A stretch of 64,000 bases of DNA from Mobula hypostoma (lineage: Eukaryota), in NCBI RefSeq assembly GCF_963921235.1, contig NC_086108.1, positions 91,514,001 to 91,578,000 of the forward strand. The letters run 5' to 3'. The notes beneath the pieces were generated by a model. It had not been told where the DNA came from and did no database searches. It worked only from the letters and a program-made list of their open reading frames with translations. Made by a program: the position numbers and the translations under genes. This document shows positions 27,550 through 38,908 of the stretch, piece after piece; position 1 is the stretch's first letter; each line of letters starts with the position of its first letter.

Positions 27550-30500
27550 CCCCCCCCCCACCCAGAACCGGCGATACCTCCCCCAATGTCCACAGTCTGG
27601 ATCGGCCTCAGTTTGGGAGGTCTGCCCCTGCGCCGCGGTGCCTGAGCCTGGACCAGTTGCGCCAAGTCCACATGGGCCGGTTTGAGTCGGTCCACCGTGA
27701 ATACCTCCTCTCTCCCCCCAATGTCCAGCACGAATGTGGACCCGTTGTTCCTGATCACCTTAAACGGTCCCTCGTAGGGCCGCTGTAGCGGTGCCCGGTG
27801 TCCGCCCCGTCGTACAAAAAGAAACTTTGGAAACTGCAGGTCTTTGGGTACGTAGGTCGGGCTCTGTCTGTGCTGTGAAGTGGGTATGGGGGCCAGGTTA
27901 CCGAGCCTCTCCCGTAGTCTGTCCAGGACTGCTGTGGGTTCTTCCTCTTGCCCCCTTGGGGCTGGTATGAACTCTCCTGGGACGACCAGGGGCGCGCCAT
28001 ACACCAACTCGGCCGACGAGGTGTGCAGATCCTCCTTGGGCGCCGTGCGGATTCCGAGCAGGACCCAGGGAAGTTCGTCCACCCAGTTAGGCCCCTCCAG
28101 GCGGGCCATGAGAGCCAATTTCAGGTGATGGTGGAAGCGCTCCACTAGTCCGTTCGACTGTGGGTGGTAGGCAGTTGTGTGGTGTAACTGTGTTCCTAAA
28201 AGGCTGGCCATAGCCGACCACAGGCTGGAGGTGAACTGGGCGCCCCTGTCGGAGGTAATGTGGGCCGGTACCCCAAAGCATGCTACCCAGGTTGCGATCA
28301 GTGCTCGGGCGCAGGATTCGGAGGTGGTGTCGGTGAGCGGGACTGCCTCTGGCCATCTGGTGAACCGGTCTATCATAGTTAGGAGGTACCGCGCTCCTCA
28401 CGACACTGGCAGGGGCCCCACGATATCCACATGGATGTGGTCGAACCTCCGGTGGGTGGGTTCGAACCACTGTGGCGGAGCCTTGGTGTGCTGCTGCACC
28501 TTGGCCGTTTGGTACTGCATGCACGTTTTGGCCCATTCACTGACCTGCTTACCAAGTCCATACCACACGAATCTGTTGGCGACCAGCCGGACGGTTGTCC
28601 TGATGGAGGGGTGCGCTAAGTTGTGAATGGACTCGAAAACCCGCCGGCGCCAGGCTGCTGGGACGACGGGGTGGGGTTGGCCGGTAGCTACGTCACATAG
28701 TAGGGTCCTCTCACCTGGGCCTACAGGGAGGTCTTGAAGCTGTAAACCGGAGATTGCAGTCCTGTAACTGGGGATCTCAGTGTCTGCCTGCTGTGCCTCT
28801 GCCAGCGCTGCATAGTCCACCCCCTGGGACAGGGCCTGTATGGTAGGTCTGGAAAGTGCGTCCGCCACGACCTTGTTCTTTCCAGAGACATGCCGGATGT
28901 CCGTCATGTACTCGGAGATGTAGGACAGATGTCGCTGCTGGCGGGACGACCAGGGGTCGGACACCTTAGTGAACGCAAAGGTAAGCGGTTTGTGGTCTGT
29001 GGTCTGTGAACGCGGTGAAGGGCCTACCTTCTAAGAAGTACCTGAAATGCCAGATTGCCAGGTATAGTGCCAATAGCTCCCAGTCGAAAGCACTGTATTT
29101 GAGTTCGGGTGGTCGTAGGTGTTTGCTGAAGAACGCCAGGGGTTGCCAGCGATCCTCGATGAGTTGTTCCAGCACTCCACCGGCCGCTGTGTTGGATGCG
29201 TCCACCGTGAGGGCAGTAGGAACGTCCGTTCTGGGGTGCACTAGCATCACAGCGTTTGCTAAGGCTTCTTTGGTTTTAACGAAAGCAGTTGCGGCCTCTT
29301 CGTCCCAGGTAATGTCCTTGCCCTTACCCGACATCAGGGTGAACAGGGGGCGCATGGTTCGGGCTGCTGAGGGGAGGAAACGGTGGTAAAAATTCACCAT
29401 ACCCACGAATTCCTGCAAGCCTTTGATTGTGTTGGGTCGGGGGAAGTGGCGGACCGCATCTACCTTGGCGGGCAGCGGGGTTGCCCCGTCTTTAGTAATC
29501 CTGTGGCCCAGGAAGTCGATGGTGTCGAGTCCGAACTGGCATTTGGCTGGATTGATTGTAAGGCCGAATTCGCTCAGGCGGGAGTAGAGCTGGCAGAGGT
29601 GGGACAGATGCTCCTGCCGACTACTGCTGGCTATGAGGATGTCATCCAAATAGATGAATGCAAAGTCCAGGTCGCGTCCCACTGCGTCCATTAGCCACTG
29701 GGAAGTCTGTGCAGCATTCTTTAGACCAAACGGCATTCGGAGGAATTCGAAAAGTCCGAACGGGGTGATAAGTGCTGGTTTGGGGATGTCGTCCGGATGT
29801 ACAGGGGTTTGATGGTATCCCCGGACGAGGTCTACCTTGGAAAAGATCCTTGCGCCGTGTAGGTTTGCTGCGAAGTCTTGAATGTGCGGCACAGGGTAGC
29901 GGTCTGGTGTTGTAGCCTCGTTCAGTCTGCAGTAATCACCGCATGGTCTCCAGCCCCCGTTGCCTTGGACACCATGTGGAGGGAGGAGGCCCATGGGCTG
30001 TCGGACCGTCGTATGATCCCTAATTCCTCCATCTTCTTGAACTCCTCCTTCGCCAGTTGGAGCTTGTCCGGGGGAAGCCTTCGTGCACGGGCGTGGAGGG
30101 GTGGTCCCTGGGTCGGGATGTGGTGCTGTACTCCGTGTCTGGGCATGGTTGCCGTGAACTGCGGTGTCAGTACTGATGGGAAATCCGCCAGGACCCTGGT
30201 GAATTCATCGTCAGACAGCGTGATGGAGTCCAGGTGTGGGGCTGGCAACTGTGCTTCACCCAGGGAGAACGTTTGAAAAGTCTTGGCGTGGACTAATCGC
30301 TTCCCTTGCAGGTCGACCAGCAGGCTGTGGGCTCGTAGAAAATCTGCCCCCAGCAGTGGTTGGGCCACGGTGGCCAGTGTGAAGTCCCACGTGAACCGGC
30401 TGGAGCTGAACTGTAGCTGCACCGTGCGAGTGCCGTAGGTTCGTATTGTGCTGCCATTAGCGGCCCTCAGGGTGTGTCCTAGTTCTCTGTTGCGGGTGTC

Positions 30501-31312
30501 GTAACTCGTTGGGAGTTAGGACGCTGATCTCCGCTCCGGTGTCGACCAAAAAGCGGCGTCCCGACTGCTTGTCCCAGACGTACAGGAGGCTGTCCTGATG
30601 GCCAGCCGCCATAGCCATCAGCGGCGGCTGGCCCTGGCGTTTCCCGGGAATTTGCAGGGTGGTCTGCAGTGGCAGGCCTCCGCTGGTGGTAGAAACACCA
30701 TTGTTCGTTGGGCTCCTCGCTCCCGTCGCCGGGTTTTGTAGGCTCTGCTGTCGGGCCTGGTCTGGTCTGTCGTTGGGCACGCGGCTTGGTGATCTGTGCG
30801 ACGGATGCCCCTCTCTCTTTCCTAGCATTCCACAGCACATCTGCTCGGGCCGCCACCTCCCGGGGGTTGCTGAAATCTGCGTCGGACAGCAGCAGGCATA
30901 TGTCCTCGGGCAGTTGCTCTAGGAATGCCTGCTCAAACATGAGGCAGGGTTTGTGTCCTTCAGCCAGGGCCAGCATCTCGTTCATTAATGCTGACGGTGG
31001 CCTGTCTCCCAAACCATCCAGATGCATTAAGCGGCGTGCTCGTTCACACCGTGAGAGTCCGAAAGTCCTTATGAGCAGGGCTTTGAATGCTGTGTATTTG
31101 CCGTCCTCCGGGGGCGACTGTATAAACTCCTCAACCTGTGCAGCAGTCTCCTGGTTGAGTGAGCTCAGCACGTAGTAGTAGCGAGTGGACTCCGAGGTTA
31201 TCTGCCGAATGTGGAATTGTGCTTCTGCTTGTTCGAACCATAATTGGGGTCGCAGTGTCCAGAAGCTTGGCAGTTTTAACGAAACTGCGTGAACAAACGC
31301 AGTGTCGGTCAT
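27550..31312 (-). pseudogene. Gypsy gag-pol, several frameshifts
   Basis: Gag VSLKLPSFW...WFEQAEAQF...WCFYHQR. Pol is split over ORFs 30457-30840, 29922-30422, 28966-29994, 28398-28964 and 27234-28376. A 7-nt duplication near 28991-29004 shifts the frame in RNase H. Confidence 0.92.
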
Positions 31313-31336
31313 CTCTGGTCCAAATATCGTTTGGGC

Positions 31337-31350
31337 CGTCGGGGTCACCA
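31337..31350 (-). promoter_or_regulatory. Primer binding site, tRNA-Trp
   Basis: TGGTGACCCCGACG is complementary to the vertebrate tRNA-Trp 3' end (CGTCGGGGTCACCA); 2 nt from the LTR. Confidence 0.88.
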
Positions 31351-31352
31351 AT

Positions 31353-31637
31353 TGTAGCGGTGTGCTACACACAGCGCTAGAATAACCACACGGAGTTGGT
31401 GAGTTAGAGTTGCGATGAAAGAGATTTATTCAAACTTCGCGGCCTGCTTTAAAGCCTTCCCGTTCCCGCCCTCCTTGGGCGGGATTGCTGTGGGGAATGC
31501 ATATTCCCAGACCCTTTCTGCGCATGGGATTTTCCCCCTGCTGGTGAAGATGGCCTGGCGCCCTTTTTGGGGCCGGCCCTCTGCCTGCGCGTGCTGTTGT
31601 GAGCCGGTTCGTGTGTGCCAGAAAGTGGGTCGCCACA
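31353..31637 (-). repeat. Gypsy 5' LTR
   Basis: Direct repeat of 27260-27544; immediately followed by the PBS. Confidence 0.95.
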
Positions 31638-34600
31638 ATAGTACATTTGGAGATGAAACTGAAACTAAAACTAAATATTCAGTTGGCCACACAACAAAAA
31701 ATACACACTCAAAAGGCTTAAATAGCTTCATACTTAGGATTGTAATAGTCTGACGAGAGCCGGTAAAAATTGAGAATTGCCAAATTGTAAAATGAGGTTA
31801 TCAATAGGTATTCTTTCAACCAACTATATAAGCACAAGAACAAAGAAACCAGAATAAATGTAGGCTATCCAGCTGATTCACTGTACTTCAACCATGCATT
31901 CAGATCACAGTCAACCCCTTAGTGCCATCCAGACCATCCACACCATCCAGATCCTTCCTTCCCCTAATATCCAGAAATCTATTTGAATGAGCTCAATGAT
32001 CTACAATCCTCTTGGTTAGAGAATTTCAAAAATTCACCCGCCTCTGCATGAAGAAATCTCTTAGCTCAGCCCAACCAACCTTCTTCTCAAGATATGCCTT
32101 CTGGTCCAAGACTTTCTATACCAGGGGAAACATCTGCCATGCATCAAGCATGTCAAACCTCTTACTAATTTTCAATGTGATTTCTTCTATTCCTCTAAAC
32201 TTTTAAGGCTTCCATTAAGATGCTGGCATGCCTCTCCAGGTCCAATAAATGATGCAAATGTGTTTCTTAAACATTTTTATTGTGATCACCACACCCTGAT
32301 AACATTGGTAATTTAAAATACTGCAAGTCAGGTTCATTGGCAAAACCGACAGCAGGCGATTTGCATGTCCTCCGTTGTTGCCTGGACCAGTCCTGTATGC
32401 TACAGCACCACCTGTTACAGCCAACCAAGGGAAAAGATGCCAGAGGAGGTCTGGGAGAGAACAGGTGTACTGAAATCCAAACTGGTTTGGGGCTGGCCCC
32501 TCCTGTCAGTGCTACACCCCAGCATTCTCTCCCTGGAAATCGAGCTGGATTGTCTTTGTTGCAGCTGAATGAGCACGTGATGAGGAACTGCTGCGTAATT
32601 CTTCTTGCAGAAACATGGCTCCAGGACAACAAGCCATACACCATCAATCCTCAGAGCATGCCGCTCAGGGACATGTGCTAATAGTTTTTTTGACTTGTAT
32701 CTGCTATCATACTCTGTGTGCTGTGTGTGACTGTATGTACACTTTTGCACCTTGGCCCCAGAGGAGCACTGTTTCGTTTTGTTGTATATATGTGTATGGT
32801 TGCATGACAATAAACTTGAACCTGATCATAAATTCCAGAGAATAGAGAACCAATCTACTCAAACTCTCCTCATACAAATTTCACCAACCTGCAATCTGAC
32901 CAGCAATTTCCCTATGGCAAGTACATCCTTTACTTTGGCAAGGAGACAAAAATTGTGCACAATGCTCTAGACATTACCTCACAATGCCTTATAACAATTG
33001 TAAATTAGATTTCATTAGTCCAGTATTCAACCTGCTCATAATGAAGTGTAACATACTATTTTCCATCTTTATTGTTGTTGCATTTACACGTTGGCCTTCA
33101 GTGCTTTGTTTACAAGCACACCCAGGTTCCAATGAACAGAGGTACCACCCAATCTATGACTAATACACTGCTTTTCTTTTTTTGTGTATAGAAATGGATT
33201 AACTAATGTTCTCACATTATTTTCACCTGCCATGTTATCCCCTACTTATTCAGTTTGCTTACATTCCTTTGAGCCTCTCTGCATTCTCTTCTGTAATTAC
33301 ACTCTTACCCAGTTCAGTATCATTAGCAAACTTGTAAATATGACATCTGCAACCCTCAGCCTGACTGTTATATATTACGAACAGTTTGGGCCGTGATCAC
33401 CAAACTCTGTGGTTTCCATCAGTCTCAGCCCGTCAATCTTAAGATGATCCATTTATAGCCACTGTTCGATTTCTGTCTGATAACCGCTTTTCCACCCATT
33501 TCCATTCCATGTGCTTTATTATTCTTCACTAATCTCGTGTGGAACCTTACTGAAAGACTCACACAAACGCAATGCATTACAGCCAGTTCGCCTCTTACCT
33601 ATTCCACTAGTCACATTCAACAACTCCAGCACATTAAATAAACATGATTTTCCTTTCATAACTCCATGTTGACTCTATTAAGCAGCTTGTGTAATTGATT
33701 TGCCATTTCATTACTCTCTACTCTATAAACTTTCCTGTGTTTGTAGAGGATCTATATTGCACTGGTGTCTTCCTTTTATGTACCTACCTGTTTGAGTTTC
33801 CTTTGTTTGGGTTTAAGTCCCTAGTTTTGTATTGAGTTTGAAATGATGTAGTTTAATGTCAAGAAATAATACTAATGGTCACTCTTCCCCAAAGACTCTT
33901 GAAAACATGACCATCACTTAACCCTTTCTAAATTGCATTAAGTGAGAGCGTTTGCCCCCAGATGGCTTCTTCATATATTGATCAAGAAAAGTATCTAATA
34001 TACATTCATGATTTTCCACCTTATTGGAGCACAATTTCATTCAGTCCATAATGCTGAAACCTATGATAACCATATTACCCATTACAACTACCTCTAATTT
34101 CATGATTTATGCCACACAGAGGCCTATAAACAAGTCCTACCAATGTTTCCGCCCTGTACTATTTATTATCTCAACTCAAGTTGATTCTAGTTCTACATCA
34201 TAATCTGTCAAGCTAATTTTTCATCACTGAATTGATCTTGAACCTGACTGATAATACTATAAGTTATCATTGCTTCTCACCCTTCCTGTGGGGCATATAT
34301 CCAACAATGTTTTGACACATTGCAGCTATGTTTCCACAATATTGATTAGATTGCTACTATTTACCTCTGTTTCTAATTTATCATGTTGCAAATGCTATAA
34401 GCATTCAGATGCAATTAAAGATACCTTTAACTTATATTGTCTTACACGTTGACCCCCGCCCCCCCCCCCAACATTGCTTGACTTTCTTTATATCATCTAT
34501 TTACTTTGCAGGATTAGATTGAAGGCTCAGTGCACCGGGAATTCTGTTCCCAAAAGCCACTGGAAACCCAATTTACACATCATGATGTAGAACTAGAATC

Positions 34601-35319
34601 AATTTGTGTTAAGAATAGGAAAGGTCAGAAAACATTAATAGGAGCTATTTCTAAGCAACCAAATAGTAGTTGTAAGGTGCAGCATAAATCAAGAAATTAG
34701 AGATGGTTGTGATGGGGGAACATGGTAATCAATGCAATGGTTACAGCAGAATACATACTTAATCATATGTAGTTAATCTCAGTTGCACAGGTTTAGAAAA
34801 CCAGACTCAAAATTAAGGTCATTTCTGTCTTTACACAACCTCAAAGGCTCATTGAAGGTAATAGCAAATTGACCGCCCATGACATCAGCAATGGAGAAGC
34901 ACACAAATCTAGTTTGGGGAGAAAAAAATCAGAAAAGGTTCTATTTAAAAACAGCATTCAGAATACAAAGAAAGAAATATAATTTTCATATTTCTGACAA
35001 TTCCCCAACAAGGATAGGGAGCTTAAAGTATTTTTCTCCTGAGAAGATAAATTCTGCAATTCTCCCTTGTTTCAAGTCAAACACATTAGCATCATTCAGT
35101 ATAAACAATCCCATTTAAGACATTTTAAATTTTTACAACATTGGAATAATATCCAAACAAGCCACTGTGCCCAAGACTTGAAGGGGTGTACATCAATCTG
35201 TGGCATGTACTTAATATAATGCATACTTAAACTTATGACTTAAACTGTAACTCAGCAACATAGGAACATTAAAGCATGTAACAGTTAAGAACATTGCCGT
35301 AAGATGAAAGAAAACCTAC

Positions 35320-35392
35320 CAGTAACCACCACACTGCTCATTGTAGAGTTTGGACTGCTGAGAATGGTGCCAGAAAGTTCGTCAGATCCTCT
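35320..35392 (-). CDS. PTBP2: PTBP2 coding exon 3 (73 nt), RGSDELSGTILSSPNSTMSSVVVT
   Basis: attcacag|AGAGGATCTGAC...GTGGTTACTG|gtaggt. The peptide resembles PTBP2 [25 protein letters not shown], and the phase-1 end fits exon 4. Confidence 0.95.
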
Positions 35393-35669
35393 CTGTGAAT
35401 AAATTTTTTTAAAAAATCACAATTTCATTACAATGTTAAATATTATGAACAGATTATCCAAATCAGCTAATGCAGGCACTATAATTGATATACTCCCTTA
35501 TAATACTGAAGTCTGCTGATGTCAACCAAAAACAATACCACAGAACAAGACCAAGATAAATTCAACCATGATTTCTCAAGCTCTGCCATCAGTTAGGACT
35601 GAATTACACAAATAGGCAAGGTTGAAAATCAGAAGAATTTTCATATCAAGGCATAACTTAATTGGGAGC

Positions 35670-35856
35670 TGTTGTAAGTGAGGAAACAAATTCGATAAGT
35701 CTCATGGACAAGGATTCTGGACACGCAGCCTTGGTAGTAAAGGATTTTATTTACAGAAGGCAAATGTGGGAAAATGGCAAAAGAAGCAACACACACACGC
35801 ACACAATTTACAGCAGTCGGACCAGCAATAAAACATACGCGGACAATTAATAAAAT
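35670..35856 (-). repeat. ERV 3' LTR remnant (distal R and U5 only) with intact AATAAA
   Basis: Homologous to 41168-41347; CTGTAAATAAAATCC near 35742-35756; joined directly to the env stub. Confidence 0.88.
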
Positions 35857-35987
35857 CACATGCAGATCCAGCAGTCCGATCTGTTGATGCTGCTGGTGAT
35901 CTCGTAAGCGACCCTGAGGAAGGTGTTGGCAGCTGTCCTGAAGCCAATCATTGCGGTGACCAGGAGGGATGACTGGAGTAATGCCAT
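35856..35987 (-). pseudogene. ERV env 5' stub: MALLQSSLLVTAMIGFRTAANTFLRVAYEITSSINRSDCWICM
   Basis: Hydrophobic signal-peptide-like start, NRS sequon and CWIC (CXXC) motif typical of gamma-type SU; positioned directly after IN; cut off by the deletion. Confidence 0.8.
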
Positions 35988-36029
35988 TGTCTTGTAAGGG
36001 GTGGGGGGGGGGGGGAGAAAGCAGGTGAG

Positions 36030-38908
36030 GACCAGGCTCATTCTCGTCAGGTTTGGTGGGTCGTGTATTTAACTGGTCAACGGCCTGCTGCAGCACACTC
36101 AACCACCCCTGCAGTGTGTGAGAGGGCGTTAACGTGTGTATTTTTTCTTTAAGCAGGCCATTCATCCTCTCAAATAATCCCGATGTCTGTAGGTGATAGG
36201 GGATACGGAACAGCCATGAGATCCCCACCTCAACGGCCCAGCTCTGAACTTTGGCCCCAGCAAAGTGCGAGCCCTGATCAGATTGTACCTCCCACGGGAC
36301 TCTATATATGGAAGAGAGGTACTGTAACCCTTTGATGGCGTTGTTCTGGTCAGCCCTCTCACAGGACACCGCCACCAGGACACCAGAGTACGTGTCCACC
36401 ATCGTCAGGGTGTACTGCTTTTTACTTTGACGTGGGAGAGTTCCAATATAGTCAATCTGCCATACGCGACCCGCTCTCGTCCTGCAATGAATGTGATCCT
36501 GCAGCCCTGTTGTCTAGCCCCATGGTTTCACCTGTTGGCAGATGGGGCAGATGGCAACAGAGGTCTTACACTGATCTAGCGTGAGGGTGAGCCAAAATTG
36601 CTCTGCCCAATGTGTGTACTGTTGGCCCCTAGATGGGTATTTTTGTGGTGTGCCCACACAGCTAGCGCACGGAGGTCAGTTTCTGGTAGGGAAGTGGTGG
36701 CACGACACATTTGGGCAGCCTGGTTCACAGCAGCGTTATGTATTGCTTCGTCAGTGTTTCTCTGGGTATGGGCATCCACATGATGGACTGAAATTTTCTG
36801 TGGGCAGCCTGGTCCCAAATGAACCACCAGTGCTGCTGTCCCCAGAGGGGATGTCCATGAATTTCCCACCTCATCTCATGCCATTGGGCCATCCACACAG
36901 CCATAACGATAGCCGCTGCCCAAGAGTTGGTGTAAATGTGGACTGGGCCGGTGGTATCCCGCAGGGTAAGAGCTATTGCTGCCAGCTCAACAAGTTGGCT
37001 GGACCCACTTGCTCCCTCTGTGGCTAAAATTTTGCCTGTGACGGGATGACGTGCCGCCGCCTTCCAATGCTGCTTTTCAGCAGCTAGATCTGTCTGTGAA
37101 CCAGGCATGCAATTTATGATCAGGCTCGAGGGAGTCGAATGGTTGGCCCCAGGACACAGGGGAGGGCCGGATTTCGGATGTGTCTGGGGCTGGGTCCTGG
37201 GACTGCGGGAATGACAAATCTGTTCGTGGAGGTGGCTGACCCCTTCTGGACTGGGTTCAGCCCGGTCTGCAATATACCACTTCCACTTTACTATGGAGGA
37301 CCTCTGGGCACGACCCTCTTTGTGGGTGGAATCGGGGGACTTGACCCACCGCATTATGAGCAGGTGGGGGCGAAGGACGACAGGGTCGGTGCCTGTTTGG
37401 TGTTCGGTGGCGAGCAGCGCTAGGTAACAGGCCAGCAGCTAGCACTTGAATGGGCTGTAGCGTGTGGCAGCTTCAGGAAGAGACTCGACCCAGAAACCAA
37501 ACGGGACTCTGCGCCCTTGGGTCTTCTGCCAGAGGCTCCATTCGGCGACCGTCTCACTGGCCGAAACCTGCAATTCAAAAGGGACACTTGCTTGGTGGGG
37601 AGAAAGTGGCAGTGCTTGTTCCACAGCTTGCTTAGCTGTATCGAAAGCAGCCTGTTGCTTGGATCCCCATAGGAATGTGGCTTTCTTGCAGGAGATCCTA
37701 TAGAGTGGTCTGAGAAGCATGGTAAGGTGAGGTATATGCTGCTGCCAGTAGCCTAGGAGGCCGACGAATCTCTGGGTGTCCGTTTTATTTGAGGGGACAG
37801 CAAAGTATAAAATTTTGATTTTGGCAGTCTCAGGAATGTCTCTTTGGCCTGAGTGCCATTGAATCCCGAGGAACAGAACACTCTGGCTGGGACCCTGTAC
37901 TTTTTCAAGGTTAATTGCCCAGCCACGTCCCTTGAGGGATGAGATTAACATATTAAGTGCCTCTGAGACAACGGTCTCAGACGGACCTTGCAGGAGGATA
38001 TCATCCATATAATGGGCAAGTGACACCTCTGGGGGAAATTGAATTTGATGTAAATCATGGGAGATTAGGCCGTGGCAAGTTGTTGGGCTGTGGACATAGC
38101 CCTGGGATAAGTGACAGAAAGTGTATTGTCTCCCATCCCACGTAAATGCAAATTGCTCGTGGCAATCTTGATGGAGGGGAATGGAGAAAAATGCGTTAGC
38201 CAAGTCCACCACTGCATACCAGGGCTTCCCACAATGTCTTCTACAAGGGTGACTATGTCGGGTACTGCGGTAGCAAGGGAGGAGGCTGCTATGTTTAAGT
38301 GTCCGTAGTCCACCGTCATGCGCCATGACCCATCCTTTTTGTGGATGGGCCAGACGGGACTGTTGAAGGGGGAGGCTGTGGGTCTAATGACACCTTCCCC
38401 CGCAATAGGGCTTGGATGGCCTCAGTGATGTCTTGATGTCTTGTGTACTGACGGTTACAGATGATTTGGGGGATGGGGGGGAACAAAGATAGGTTCCCAC
38501 TTGGCCGCTCCAACTACAATAGTGGCCCGTGCAACCCCGAAGGTAAACCTGCTTCTGTTGGTGTCAAGGGACCGTCCCTTTAAGACATTAATGCCGAGGA
38601 TGCACTCAGGCAAAGTGGTTATAAGGACTTTTACAGGTCAGGGAGGTTGGTTCTCAATGGCTAGATGGAGTGTGACCTCCTTCACGGGTAAAAGGGGAAC
38701 CCCCTAAGCCCTCTACCTGCATCTCGGTGCCCTTCCATCCAGCGGGATTGCCCGGGATGATGGTGTGTTGGGTACCCGTGTCGATGAGTGCCATCCACCT
38801 CTGTGGATTTCCCTTTCCCCAATATACAGCAACGGGTATTTGTGGCCTCTGATCACCCGTGCGGGACAGGGCGATGGAGTAAATGCACCTGGGGCCCTGG
38901 CCTTCATC
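36030..38908 (-). pseudogene. ERV pro-pol (PR, RT, RNase H, IN), frameshifted; no dUTPase seen
   Basis: ORFs 37439-38326, 36725-37354, 36576-36869 and 35641-36402, plus the protease frame DEGQGPRC...QRPQIPVAVYWGKGNPQRWMALIDTGTQHTIIPG. Confidence 0.92.

Larger units (their letters stand above)
27260..31637 (-). mobile_element. Full-length Gypsy/Ty3 LTR retrotransposon, CsRn1-like lineage
   Basis: Two 285-bp TG...CA LTRs; 4-bp TSD ATAG (27256-27259, 31638-31641); tRNA-Trp PBS; G-rich PPT next to the 3' LTR; gene order gag, PR (LVDTGAE), RT (YLDD), RNase H (DAS, TDH), IN with GPF module. Confidence 0.97.

Noticed and set aside
35850..35862. env/3' LTR deletion as a splicing product
   Set aside because: The 5' LTR retains U3, which must be copied from the 3' end of the RNA, so the loss most likely happened after integration; no canonical splice sites at the junction.
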